NCBI GenBank assembly: GCA_951406725.2 | Contig: OX597827.1 | Location: forward strand, 44,020,001-44,084,000 | Length of the DNA stretch: 64,000 bases | Direction: 5' to 3' | DNA from: Octopus vulgaris | Lineage: Eukaryota | Part shown: positions 1 to 14,348 of the stretch, piece by piece | Layout of the letters: each line of letters starts with the position of its first letter | Numbering within the stretch: position 1 is the stretch's first letter | Program-made: the position numbers and the translations under genes | Notes under the pieces: generated by a model | Database searches by the model: none | What the model was told of the DNA's origin: nothing | Seen by the model: the letters and a program-made list of their open reading frames with translations, nothing else

Positions 1-21
1 ACAGCAAAAAACATAAAATAA

Positions 22-90
<69 letters not shown>

Positions 91-588
91 TTGAGTTGGC
101 TAAAATGAAAGAAAAGAAAATTGAATATAAAAATCCTTCCTCAAAAAGGAGAAAACTGCTTATGTCGAAATGTAAGTAGGTGTGTAAATACATACATACA
201 CACGCACATACATACATAAATACAAATACATACATACATACATACATACATACATACATACATACATACATACAAGGAATAAATAAAGATATATATATAT
301 ATATATATATGCGCACATACTGATATAAGCTATATATGCATGTAGTAATACGCGTGTAAGTGTGCGTATATCTGTGTATTATATGTATTGAATAAATGAG
401 AAAGTTAGAGAGAAAAATACAGGAACCTAGCGAGAGGGAGGGAGGGAGAAAGAGCTAGAGAAATATATATAGGCAATACTGAGGGAACATAAGCTGTAAA
501 ATGAAGGAGCATAAATAACAGAGAAACAATTTAAAGAAAATCTTTGAAGAAAACGCTAAATGAAGTATATGACAGTGACTAGAACGAT

Positions 589-756
<168 letters not shown>

Positions 757-1051
757 CGGTGAAGAGAAAGGGAAGAGTGCAAAAGTTGTGGGGGTGTTAG
801 GAGGATACATTAGCAGACGTTGGTGACGTTGAAGAAGGAAGACAACAGCGAGAAATAAAACTTTTTTTCAGAAGAAAATAAAGTAAAAATGAATTAAAAA
901 TTACTGATACTAAGAGAAAAAATTATGAGCGAATGAAAAAGAAAGAAACAAAGAAAGAGGGTAAGGAAAAAAGAAAGGAAGAAAGGGAAAAGAAAAAAGA
1001 AAGAAAAAGGGGTGAGAAGGAAACAGAAGTAAAGAAAATGTGAATAGAAAT

Positions 1052-1403
<352 letters not shown>

Positions 1404-1588
1404 GAATGGTTGATCAACTAGAGCAGGGAACTGTTTCTGGTAGTAACAATACCTATAAATGTAGACGGTCACGCAATGCCTTCACCAACCTGTATACTTA
1501 TAATTATTCACAAGAGACAACGAACAACGATAACGCTTTCTGATTTAGGCGTAACGCCAGCATTTTTGATGAGAAAACCCATAGGTAT

Positions 1589-2035
1589 TATGATCTCTTC
1601 AATACCCCAAATATTATGGTCAGATAGGTACTCTTGCTGAAACACACACCTACAAACACACATCTAACACAGCCTTTTATTAACGCCTCAACCTGTAACT
1701 TTCGAAATTCTACCAATTGCCCACTAGGAGTATCCTGCCCCCAAAGTCTGTATTCTAAAGAAATATCTTCACACCATCCGATGACATCGCAAGGTACTAT
1801 ACGGACATAATAGCCAACCAATGATTTTATGGGAATGTAAACACAGCACATATATTCCTTCAGGTCCAGCGATAGGGAAAATCTACTCCTCTGTCCAGCA
1901 TCTTCTGGAGAATCCGCAACCATCGGAATGCCTAGCAAATTTGAAATGGAATGTCCCTGTCAGGGCCCCCACTTTACTCACTCTGGGACTCAGAATTGCC
2001 AACTCTGTCTCCACGAGAGATTACAGATACTTCTT
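1589..2035 (+). pseudogene. Decayed Penelope-like retroelement ORF remnant (end of RT thumb plus GIY-YIG endonuclease)
   Basis: Manual translation across frameshifts gives YDLFNTPNIMV, TCNFRNSTNCPLGVSCPQS, QHIYSFR, STPLSSIFWRIR, LKWNVPVRAP, CQLCLHERLQIL. This follows the order of recalled PLE motifs FNxxxVKVSY, CNCxxxxxCPLxGxC, HxxSF, STxLSxxIW, IxWxIL, CxLCLxEK. Confidence 0.75.
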
Positions 2036-2244
2036 TATCTTGTTGATAAATTTCAAACTACTGGTAGATGATAATGCGATTATACCGCCCGAGGCCTGGC
2101 TGTCTCTCCCGAGTGTTCGTTAAACTAATACACCTTCTTGTTTTTCCGTCACCTGTCTTCGTATTTTGTTTTCTGTAATCTTGAACTTATACACACACAC
2201 AGACATATATATATATATAAATAACATATACAGACATATATATG

Positions 2245-2305
<61 letters not shown>

Positions 2306-2494
2306 TAGATATATAGATTCCCAGAAAGAGGTTATGAATCAACCAACTAAGGGATAATATATATCCAATATACTGCTGGTAGAATACCCAATTATTAATC
2401 CACAAGTGTTTTTTCATTGCATGACAATTACATTACCGAGTGTAATAAATGGGTGAGAGTAAAGAGTTATTTTACCATTAATTTATAGAGCAAT

Positions 2495-3600
<1,106 letters not shown>

Positions 3601-3611
3601 TTTGCTCTATA

Positions 3612-4027
3612 TGTTAGTTAGTTAGTTAGTTAATTTTTGGCTCAAAAAGCAAAATGCAAGGCCATGTAGGGGGACATGGGGTTATGTACAGGGTGGTGTT
3701 CATGTAAAGAGTTCAGGCCACTTGTGGTCAAGGGAGACTTTGAAACGAGCGGTCGTCGGCATCTTCACCATCTCGTCCGGCAGCTTATTCCACGGATCCG
3801 CAACCCGGACGGAGAAAGCCCCTCTCCTTCGATTGAGATGAAATCGTCGCAGATAGAGCTTTTCGGAGTGACCCCGCAGCCGACGCTCTGGAGCAGGAGT
3901 GAAGAACAGCTCTTTCGAGAGGTTACACTTTCCGCTTATGATGTTGTGAGCAAGAATGAGATCACCACAGTGTCGTCGTTTTACTAGAGAATAAAGGTCG
4001 AGCGTCTTCAGCCTTTCTTCATAAGAC
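3612..4027 (-). mobile_element. 5'-truncated CR1-clade LINE (ORF2 C-terminus, short 3' UTR, (TAAC)n tail)
   Basis: ORF 3700-4029: [37 protein letters not shown], typical of CR1 ORF2 C-termini; tail repeat at 3612-3632. Confidence 0.85.
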
Positions 4028-4029
4028 AA

Positions 4030-4090
<61 letters not shown>

Positions 4091-4483
4091 TGCGTGCGCG
4101 TGTGTGTGTGTGTGTGCGTGTGTGTGTGTGTGTGTGTGTATGCATATATGGGTATAGGAAATACTTGGATATACTTGAAGAGATGATTGTATCCAAAAAG
4201 ACATTGGTTCTATACGTTATGTCTTCGGGAAATAAAATTTCCCTAAATCAAGAAAATGGAGTGTTAGTGGTTAATATTTATTTATTAATAAATTGGTTAT
4301 CATTTCTTCCTACAGCCGTTTACATTCGTACTCATTCAATAAATTTAAGCATTAAAATTCCATTTATAAATTATGTACACTACCACAAAATACCTGAAAT
4401 ATAAAAGGATAAGAGATAAAATAAATCACTCAGCTGCGACAACCGATGCAGACTTTGTGTCCGAGGAGACAAATATACGGTGG

Positions 4484-4615
4484 AGGTGCGTAGCCTAGTG
4501 GTTAGCAGGCTACATTCCCGACCGTAAGATCGTAGTTTCGATTCATTGACTGTGCGTTGTTTTCTTGAGTAAATCATTTCATTTCACGCTGCTTTAGTCT
4601 GCTCATCTGTAAACG
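4484..4615 (+). mobile_element. tRNA-headed SINE, family 4, decayed fragment
   Basis: A-box-like tagcctagtgg, B-box-like gtttcgattc, body similar to 39471 copy. Confidence 0.6.
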
Positions 4616-4644
4616 AATTCCAACAATAGATCGGAAATTAAACC

Positions 4645-4688
<44 letters not shown>

Positions 4689-4697
4689 GGTTTAATA

Positions 4698-4787
4698 GGG
4701 CAAGTGTCTTCTACTATAGCCTCGGGCCAACCAAAGCCTTGTGAGTGGATTTGGTAGACGGAAACTATAAGAAGCCCGTCGTACATA

Positions 4788-4853
<66 letters not shown>

Positions 4854-5055
4854 TGTGTTTGTCTGTATTTGTTCTCCCAACATCGCTTGACAACTGATGC
4901 TGGTGTATTTACGCCCCCGTAAATTAGCGGTTCGGCAAAAGATACCAATAGAATAAGTAGTAGGCTTACAAAGAATATGTCCTGGAGTCGATGTGCTCGA
5001 CTAAAGGCGGTTCCCCAACGTGGCCACAGTCCAATGACTGAAACAAGTAAAAGAG
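4698..5055 (+). mobile_element. SINE family 1 (internal microsatellite), 5'-truncated
   Basis: Matches 13707-14155 and other copies in window. Confidence 0.85.
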
Positions 5056-5228
5056 TATAGATAACTTTCTTTTATTAGCCACACAGGGCTGAATACAGAG
5101 GGGACAAATACAAATGCAGAGCTTTTCTTTTCGAGGGTGGAAAAAAGAAAATAAATGTAAGATTGCGATCAAAAGGGATCGAGAGGAGGAAAAGAAATCG
5201 TGTATCACAGAAATAATGATAAAAGAGT

Positions 5229-5385
<157 letters not shown>

Positions 5386-5529
5386 GTTATATACGCGAAC
5401 GTAAGATGTGTTAAAATATGTTTGGGACACATTTCAACGTCTAAAGGCAAATCAACAGCAGTTACGGCAGAGAAAAACATTTCTGCTTATGGCAAAAACT
5501 TTAAAAACATCATATCAACCAACACATAT

Positions 5530-5672
5530 GTGTGTGATAAGAAGCTTAGTTCCCTACCACGGATTCAGTTCCACTGCGTAGCACCTTGGGTAGCTGTGTC
5601 TTCTACTATAGCCTCAGGCCGACCAAAGCCTTGTGAGTGGATTTGGTAGACGGAAACTGAAAGAAGCCCGTC

Positions 5673-5673
<1 letters not shown>
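5530..5673 (+). mobile_element. SINE family 1, 5' half
   Basis: ccttgtgagtggatttggtagacggaaactgaaagaagcccgtcg followed by (TA)n. Confidence 0.8.
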
Positions 5674-5721
<48 letters not shown>

Positions 5722-5726
<5 letters not shown>

Positions 5727-5842
5727 AAAGTTTACGAAAAAAACAAAAGACGAAGATAGGTGGTGTACAAAAGAAACAGACGTATTAGTATAACGCTCAG
5801 GAATAGAAAAAGTCTTTTATGTTTCGAGCCTACGCTCTTCTT
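5722..5842 (-). mobile_element. HHR mini-element family B, 5'-truncated within the ribozyme
   Basis: Minus: GAA-GAGC-GTAG-GCTC-GAAAC-ATA-AAAGA plus tail homologous to 17200-17297, ending at (TA)n. Confidence 0.7.
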
Positions 5843-5853
5843 CTCTCTCTCTC

Positions 5854-5894
<41 letters not shown>

Positions 5895-5960
5895 ATATAT
5901 ATATATATATATATGAAATTATTCATTCAAATTATTTATTAATTGTCATAATGTGAATAT

Positions 5961-6325
5961 CTAATATTTAGTAGACATGCCCTTTGAATTTTTCAGTGCA
6001 AGGACATGTTACACATGTTACTGATCAGTTGACGAATATTCTCTCTTGCCAAGTTTCATGCAGTAATCTCAAAAGATCTGGCTTTGAAGATGCTTTCTTG
6101 TTCTTTTTATGAAGTGTCCTGTCCATTATGTCCCAGAGGTGCTCAATAGGGTTCATATCAGGTAACTGGCTAGGCCATTGAACCTTTTGAATGTCATTGT
6201 CATCCAACAAATTTTGGGTCATTTTAGCCGTGTGACAAGGAGCCCCGTCTTCCATAAATAAAGAGTTTTCTTTAATCATTTCACTACTGGAGAAGATTGG
6301 AAGAAATCCTTTCTGCAATATGGAT
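5961..6325 (-). pseudogene. Tc1-family DD34E transposase fragment (C-terminal part)
   Basis: FMEDGAPCH...WPSQLPDMNPIEHLW with 34 residues between D and E; out-of-frame C-terminus VLALKNSKGMSTKY*. Confidence 0.9.
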
Positions 6326-6673
6326 ACATCTATCTGAGTTTATGTTTCCCTTGTGAATCGGTGATCGCGTCTACGAGTGATGGCGTGCACGAGTCTAATG
6401 CGAGTGAAAGTGATTCAGAAAACGATTATAATATTTTTCCTATTATAAATGATCTTGACATTCTTTTTACTGTACATAAAATATTCCTTGCATTCCACTG
6501 TTGTTTTATTGCCTGTCGTTTACGAGTATTATAAATTTTATAGGTAAACTTTTTTCTGGGAATGAATTACGATTTATAACATTGCTACTATGGGAAATTA
6601 TTGCTCTGCTTTACGAGTTTTCACATTACGAGAGGTCTCCAGGAACTAATTAACTCTATATCGTGGGCTTACT

Positions 6674-6686
6674 GTATGTATGTATG

Positions 6687-6719
<33 letters not shown>

Positions 6720-7330
6720 TTGTATGTATGCAAGTATGTATGCATGCATGCATGTATGTGTGTATGCATGTATACATGTATATATGTATTATGCATGTAT
6801 GTATATATGCAAGTATGCATGTATGTATGCATGTATGTATGCATGCATATATGTAAGCTTGCATGTATGTTTACATGTATATATGTATGCATATATTATG
6901 TATGTATGCATGCATGCATGTATGTATGTATTATGCATGCATGCATATATGTATGTATGTATGTATGTATTTATGTATGCATGTATGCATGCATGTAAGC
7001 TTGTATGTATGCATGTATGTATCATGTATGTATGCATGCATAAATGTATATATGTGTGTATGCATGTATGTATGTATATATGTATGTATGCATGCATATA
7101 TGTATATATGTATGCATGTATGTGTGCATGTATGCATATATGTATGCATGTATGTATGTATGCATGTATGTATGCATACATCCATGTTTGTATACATGTA
7201 TGTATGTATGCATACATGTATATATGCATGTATGTATGCATGCATGTATGTAGGTATGTATCTATGCATGCTTGTATGTATACATGTACGCATCTATGCA
7301 TGTATATGTGTATATATGTATGTATAAATA
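6674..7330. repeat. Degenerate (TATG/CATG)n alternating purine-pyrimidine tract
   Basis: Seen directly. Confidence 0.9.
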
Positions 7331-7585
7331 TATATCATATCATATATACTAATTCACGTGCTTTCAAACACGGTCGGAACAGCTGTAGTGTGAGTTGTAT
7401 GCATAGAAGGATATTATCTCGACGTTTGCTTTATACTGCTTTAGATGTTTAATTCTTCATTTTACTCTCTTATTAACGAAGAAAATAGGAAATATATGCG
7501 CGTGATAAGCGCGCGCGTGTGTGTACATATATATACAGTTGTATCGATGGGTATATTTGTGTTATCTATCTCTCTCTTCTTCTCC

Positions 7586-7666
<81 letters not shown>

Positions 7667-7812
7667 TATACATATATACATATATATGTATACATATATA
7701 TATATATACACATATATATATATACATGTATATATATATATATACATATATACATACATATATATACACACATATATATATATAAATATATCTATACATT
7801 TATATGCATATG

Positions 7813-7859
<47 letters not shown>

Positions 7860-8389
7860 GTGTAAACAAATACATATAAACACAGATCACACACAAATAC
7901 ATGTGTGTGTGTGTGTGTTTGTGTGTGCGTGTGTGTCTGTGTGTGTGTGTTCGCGCGTATACACATGTATATGTATGTACGCATGTGCGTATTAAACAGG
8001 TATGTGTGTATTATGTTTTTATTATGTATGATGTAAGTGTATGTGTCTGGCTGAGTATCTTTGTGCGTGCTTGCTTGTGTGTGTGTATGTGTGTTTTGCG
8101 TGTGTGTGTGTGTGTGTGCGTGCGTACACAGCTTTGTGCGTAAATATGTGCGTGCTCTCGGGAGTGTATTTAAGATATTACATTCTGTAATGTACACAAA
8201 CATACATTGTCACGTTATCTATGTCAATTTGTCGCCAAAGGTTTCCTTCTTATGAATCTGCTAATATAATGCATAATTAACGGAAGATGGCGGAAACTGA
8301 ATTTATAAGACTTATGATAGTGACGTGTTTATTTGGTTTGTTTGCTTGTTTGCTTGTTTGTTTATTTGTTTGTGGTGGGTTGAACTGAG

Positions 8390-9547
8390 TGGGAGAGAGA
8401 AAGAAGGAGAGAGAGGAAGAGAGATAAAGACTACGTGGGTGATATGGAGTGGGTATGAGTCGAGAACGTGAGAATAGGGGGAAACTAGTGGGTGATTGAA
8501 AAGAGAGTTATATACAGTTGAGAGTAAATATATAAAACAGAGAGAGAGAGAGGAAGAGATAGTAATAACAGGGAGGGGGTGGGAGGAAGAGAACGGGAGA
8601 TAGAGACAATTAGAGGAATGGAAGAGAGAGAGAGGGAGGAGGAATAAGAAAGAAGGAAAGAGAAAATAGGGCGAGAACAGTAGAGAGAAAATAGATGGTA
8701 TGTGAGAAAGAAGGGAGTATAGGAGAGAAATGAAATTGAGAGTATAGGAGTGAGAGGGGAGAGAGAGGAGAGAGAGAGAAGAAATAGGAGAGAAGGAAAG
8801 AGAAAATAGAGAGGATATGGTAGAGAGAAAATAGATGGTGTGTGAGAAAGAGAGGGTGATAAGAGAGAGGCAAAATAGAGAGAATAAGAGAAAGAGAGAA
8901 AGAGAGAGAAACAAAATAGAGAGAATAGGAGAAAGAGAGAAATAAAGAGAGAAAGAGATTAGAGGAAAGAAGGTGGGGAAGAGAAATGGATTGTATTTGT
9001 GAGAGAAAACGTAATAGTTGTGGGGGAGAGAAAAATCTGAGAGAATAAGAAAGAGAAAGAGAAAGAATAGAGGGAATAGGGAAAAGAGAGAAAGAGAGAG
9101 ATATCAGAGGAAAGAAGGTGGGGGAGAAAAATAGATTGTTCTTGTGAGAGACAGAGAGAGAAAGACACAATATCTTAGGAGTGAGGGAGAGATAAAAAAG
9201 AAAGAATAGGAAAAAGAGAAAGAGAGAGAATGGAGGGAATAGAGGAGAGAGAGCAAAAAGACTGAATAAGAGAGAAAGACAAAGCGGAAGAGGCTGAGAA
9301 AAGAGAGGGAATAACTGAGAGAGAGAGAGAGAGAGAGAGAGAAATAAAATGGATGGAATATGAGGGGGAAAACAATATAGAGAACTAAAGGGTATAAGAG
9401 AGAGGGTGGGTGAACATGGGAGAGAGAGAAAATAGAGGGAACAGGAAACGGAAAGAGAAAGAGAGAGGAAATAGAGAGATCGAGAGAGAAGAGGAAAAGA
9501 AAGTGAAAAAGATACACGGAGAGAATGTGTGTATGTGTGTGTATGTA

Positions 9548-9613
<66 letters not shown>

Positions 9614-9990
9614 CGTGTGTGTGTGTGTGTGAGAGATAGTGAAAAAGACTGAGAATATGAATTAAAATATATTACAAAGAGAGGGGAGGGAGGGAATGAG
9701 AGAGAAAGAGAAAGGGGAAGTGAGAGAGAAAGAGAGGAAGAGAGAAGGAGAGAAATGTGACGGAAAATCAGAGTGGGTGGATGAGATCTAGAAATAGTTG
9801 GAGTGATAGGGAGAGGAGATATTCGTAAGAGAGAAGTATGAATTAAAGTAAGTATTACTCAGAGACAGAAAGCAAAAGAAAAAGAGAGGAGGTAAAGAAA
9901 GAGGAGAGAGAGGAGAGATAGGCAAATGAAGAGATAGACAAATGATAGAGAGTGGGTGAAATAGAAGGAGAAATACGGTGAGTGAGTAAA
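8390..9990. repeat. Long GA-rich low-complexity tract with internal repeats, interrupted by (TG)n
   Basis: Purine-skewed + strand; recurring gagaaaatagatggt(a/g)tgtgagaaag units. Confidence 0.85.
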
Positions 9991-10204
9991 GGAATTCATT
10001 ATCTGATCGCTGTTGCCTCAGTGAATCACACTTGTTAGGAAGGTGTTCTCTGCTGGCGAAAACAACAGCGATCAGTTATGCACATTCGAAGAAGCCAGAA
10101 TGTATTAAGAATGAATTGAAATATAAAGCTTCCTAGAAAAAGTAAGCAACGAGATTAGAAGAGAGGGAGAATGGAAGTGAAGCTGGTAGTTTGTAGTTGG
10201 TGAA

Positions 10205-10515
10205 GGCGTGTAGTTACGGTATTCGGCTCAAGAACGTAAAGTCGTAAGTTCGATCCCCGCGGGTGCATTGTGTTCTTAAGCAAGACACTTTCTTTCACGT
10301 TGCTCTATTCCACTCAGCTGGTGAAAATGAGTTATACCTGTAATTCAAAGGGCCAACCTTGTGCCATTCTGTATCATGCTGAATCCCCCTGAGAAATGCA
10401 TTAATGGTGTGCATTGTCTGTGGGAGTGCTCAGCCACTTGCACGCTAATTTCCCGAGCAGGCTGTTCCGTTGATCGGATCAACTTGAACCCTCGTCGCCG
10501 CAACCGATGAAGTGC
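10205..10515 (+). mobile_element. SINE family 4
   Basis: B-box gttcgatccc, then tgtgttcttaagcaagacactt central domain; 3' part shared with 26080-26236. Confidence 0.8.
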
Positions 10516-10554
10516 CATTTTATAGTTGCGAAAGAGATAGAGCGACAAACAGAT

Positions 10555-10635
<81 letters not shown>

Positions 10636-10644
10636 GACAGAGAA

Positions 10645-11062
10645 GGCGGCGAGCTGGCAGAAACGTTAGCACTCCGGGCGAAATGCTTAGCGGTATTTCG
10701 TCTGCCGCTACGTTCTGAGTTCAAATTCCGCCGAGGTCGACTTTGCCTTTCATCCTTTCGGGGTCGATTAAATAAGTACCAGTTACGCACTAGGGTCGAT
10801 ATAGTCGATTTAATCCGTTTATCTGTCCTTGTTTGTCCCTTCTGTGTTTAGCCCGTATGCGGGTAGTAAAGAAATAGGTATTTCGTCTGCCGCTACGTTC
10901 TGAGTTCAAATTCCGCCGAGGTCGACTTTGCCTTTCATCCTTTCGGGGTCGATTAAATAAGTACCAGTTACGCACTAGGGTCGATATAATCGACTTAATC
11001 CGTTTGTCTGTCCTTGTTCGTCTCCTCTATGTTTAGCCCCTTGTGGGCAATAAAGAAGTAAG
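10645..11062 (+). mobile_element. SINE family 2 (Nin/Deu-like central domain), tandem dimer
   Basis: A-box tggcagaa, B-box gagttcaaattcc, core gcctttcatcctttcggggtcgattaaataagtaccag; second unit starts ~10878. Confidence 0.85.
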
Positions 11063-11460
11063 ACAAGAGACAGAGCTGACTAGAGAAGCTGTTAGAGAAT
11101 GAGGTGAAAGAAAGAAAAGAGATTGTCATAGAGAGAGAGACATAAAGAAAAGAGGTGGAGTAGTAAGAGATAACGCAGCAGAGAAAGGACAAAAGCGTAA
11201 GCTATATCAGAAGAGAGAAGCGGCAGTGGGAGTAAATTTGAAGTTTCAGAGAAAGGGAGAGGGTGAGGGAAGGATAATAAGAAATGGAGAGAAAGAGAGA
11301 AAGAAAGAAAGAAAGAAAGAGAGAGTCGGACAAAGAATCGACATGTAAATGCGAATTAACAAATTTAGACAGGAAAACAGAAGGAGAGAATGAAGAATGA
11401 GAGCATGGCAAAACTTTTACAGCAACTCATTCACCTAGGATCCGCTAAGGACTAGGCTTC

Positions 11461-11950
11461 ATCATCATCATCATCATTGTTCGACCGTGGTCGAGACAAT
11501 GGAATTTACTATGTTACGCCAGACTTCACGGTCCATCATAGCATTACGGATGTCCTGTTGCTGGATGCCTGTATCCCTGGAGATTACATCAGGGTAGGAG
11601 AGTGTGCGCCCTCTGGTATTGCGAGTAGATGGCTTCCAGAGGAGAAGAGTAGAAATTACTTCTTTTTCAGCTCTACAACAATGTCCAGCAAACTGGACTT
11701 TCTTACCTTTCACAAGAGATGACACAGGTGGTAGTTTCCCATATATTTGCATTTTGGTTGGATGGCGCTTCCACGAGAGATTTTGAGCTCTCATAAGGAG
11801 GCGAGTGTAGGTTCCATCCAACCGCCTCTCAAGCTTCTTTGATAACGTCCAGGTTTCTGAGCCATATAGTAGAATTGGTTCGACTGTGGCTTTGAATATT
11901 TCAAGTTTGAAGTCTCTACTTAGATTTGATGACCAGATCTTATGCATGTC
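11461..11950 (-). mobile_element. 5'-truncated RTE-type LINE (RT C-terminus and (TGA)n tail)
   Basis: KIWSSNLS..KLEIFKATVEPILLYGSETWTL..QFAGHC..MMDREVWR; uninterrupted frame to stop at 11474, then TGA repeats. Confidence 0.9.
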
Positions 11951-11951
11951 A

Positions 11952-11987
11952 CTGAAGAGGTCTAACATGACCGAAACAAGTCCAAAG
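11952..11987 (+). ncRNA. Minimal hammerhead motif (family E), stem I disrupted
   Basis: CTGAAGA-GGTC-TAACAT-GACC-GAAAC-AA-GTC. Confidence 0.6.
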
Positions 11988-12547
11988 TTGTTACCCATTA
12001 CTTGATTCACATTTATTGTTTAATGAATTTTGGTTTCAGAGTAATGTCACCTGAATGTCTTCACAAGAATTAAATAATTACGACTAATGAATTTCCTTTC
12101 ACTTCACTACCGGCGAAATATTAATTAACTGATTAACTAAAAGTTTTTGGTGATCTCATTACAAGATGTACATTAGGTTCTATGTAACTAAATGTTCTTC
12201 ATGCACACAGACTCTCCGAAGAAATCTCTCCAAGTTATATTTTTATCACCTGCCAAATCACTTAATGGCCTTTACTCAATTTTTCTTGATAAAAATATAA
12301 CTTGGAGAGATTTCTTCGGAGCGTCTGCGTGCATGAAGAACATAGAGTTAAACAGAGACTAATGTATATCTTGTAATGAGATCGCCAAAAACTTTTAGTT
12401 AATCAGTTAATTAATAATTCGCCGGTAGTGAAGTGAAAGGAAATTCATTAGTCGTAATTATTTAATTCTTATGAAGACATTCATTTGACATTACTCTGAA
12501 GCCAAACTTCATCAAACAATAAATGTGAAGCAAGTAAGGGGTAACAA

Positions 12548-12588
12548 CTTTCGACTTGTTTCGGTCATATTAGACCTCTTCAGCGAAG
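12548..12588 (-). ncRNA. Minimal hammerhead motif (family E), mirror copy
   Basis: Minus: CTTCG-CTGAAGA-GGTC-TAATAT-GACC-GAAAC-AA-GTC-GAAAG; stem I imperfect. Confidence 0.6.
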
Positions 12589-12953
12589 CCTAGTCCTTAG
12601 CGGATCGTAAGTAAATGAGTTGATATAAAAGTTTTGGGTGACCGTATGCCAGTCCTTGATGTCTATCTGTCCGCTTCTCACGCCATGCTCTCTTTCTTCA
12701 TTCTCTTCCTTTGTTTTCCTTTTTAAGTTTGTTAATTCGCATTTACATGTCGATTCTCTGTCCGACTCTCTCTTTCTTTCTCTCTTTCTCTCCGTCTCTT
12801 ATTATCCTTCCCTCGCTCTCTCCCTTTCTCTGTATGTGACTCGAAATTTAGTCCCGCTGCCACTTCTCTCTTCTGATATAGCTTACGCTTTTGTCCTTCT
12901 TTCTCTACAGCGTTATCTCTCACTACTCCCCCCTCTTTTCTTTATGTCTCGCA

Positions 12954-13182
12954 GGCGCAGGAGTGTCTGTGTGGTAAGTAGCTTGCTTACCAACCACATG
13001 GTTCCGGGTTCAGTGCCACTGTGTTGCACCTTCGGCAAGTGTCTTCTACTATAGCCTCTGACCGACCAAAGCCTTGTGAGCGGATTTGGTAGACGGAAAC
13101 TGAAAGAAGCACGTCGTATATATATATATGTGTGTGTGTGTGTTTTCCCCCACCCCCCACCCCCACCCAACAACGCTTGACA
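12954..13182 (+). mobile_element. SINE family 1, 5' part
   Basis: ggcgcaggagtgtctgtgtggtaag head. Confidence 0.85.
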
Positions 13183-13706
13183 GACAAATGACTGGAAAAT
13201 GATGAACTAACCCCATACTAGCTTTCTCTCCGTAACTTACAAAGCCGTTCGCGTTTATTTACAAATATTATATGTAATATTAGACAGTTTAAGTATATAT
13301 TAACTAAATTTGGCTGCAATTGATGTGTGAACGTTAGGCCCAACCGGAGGCGCAAGGAGTCGTGTTAGCGTTGATTTGTGGGTTCGATTCTGGCTGGGTT
13401 TAGCTCAATATTTTTCAGTCATTTGTTTTTATTTAAAAATTGTCGCTTCAAATCAGAGAATAAAATATTATTATGATATATGATTATGCAGGTATTATAA
13501 TATTATGATATATTATTATACAGTTATTCCAAAATAGCTTTCTCTCCGTAACTTACAAAGCCTTTCGCGTTCGTTTACAAATATTATATGTTATATATGT
13601 ATATGATATGATATGATGGTAGCCTGTCGTAGTTCGCGAAAGACAGTTCTACAATTTCTTACAGAGCAGCCTGCGAAAACAATTTGTTTACAATGATAAA
13701 TGTATA

Positions 13707-13917
13707 TACTCTTTACTCTTTTACTTATTTCAGTCATTTGACTGTGGCCATGCTGGAGCACCGCCTTTAGTCTAAAAAAATCGACTCCAGGACTTATTCT
13801 TTTTAAGCCTATTACTTATTCTATCGGTCTCTTTTGCCGAACCGCTACGTTACAGGGACGTAAACACACCAGCATCGGTTGTCAAGCGATGTTGGGGTGA
13901 CAAACACAAACGTATAA

Positions 13918-13949
<32 letters not shown>

Positions 13950-13950
13950 G

Positions 13951-13987
<37 letters not shown>

Positions 13988-14155
13988 TATATACACGGGT
14001 TTCTTTCCGTTTCCGTCTACCAAATCCACTCACAAGGCTTTGGTCGGCCCGAGGCTATAGTAGAGGACATCTGCCCAAGGTGCCATGCAGTGGGACTGAA
14101 CCCGGAACCATGTGGTTGGTAAGCAAGCTACTTACCACACAGCCACTCCTGCGCC
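13707..14155 (-). mobile_element. SINE family 1, full length
   Basis: Head GGCGCAGGAGTGGCTGTGTGGTAAG..GGTTCAGTCCC, internal (TA)n(TG)n, (AAAGAGT)n-like tail. Confidence 0.9.
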
Positions 14156-14164
14156 GAAAATTAG

Positions 14165-14348
14165 TTTACTCCCTCTATCAAATCGACGTTGCCTGAATAG
14201 GTGCACCGTGTACTACATATGAGGTGTTGGAAGGATCGCAGGGCAACGTGAGAGGAAGTGTTTTGCTGAAGAGCACGACTCACCACCTGGTTCCACGATT
14301 TTACGTTCGCGAATACAACACCCTAACCTCTGGGCCATGTCCCTTCGC
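14165..14348 (-). mobile_element. SINE family 4, decayed
   Basis: Reverse complement of tRNA head and central domain. Confidence 0.55.

Larger units (their letters stand above)
11137..12950. repeat. ~1.8-kb imperfect foldback (inverted duplication) centred at ~12249-12286
   Basis: 11951-12248 mirrors 12287-12584; 11410-11460 mirrors 12585-12635; 11137-11409 mirrors ~12682-12950. Confidence 0.95.

Noticed and set aside
6600-6675. Possible pogo/Tigger-like terminus (reverse complement TACAGTAAGCCCACG)
   Set aside because: No partner TIR found, so not called as a feature
11951-12010. N-terminal 20 aa of the 178-aa ORF
   Set aside because: Read-through into the foldback arm, not part of the RTE
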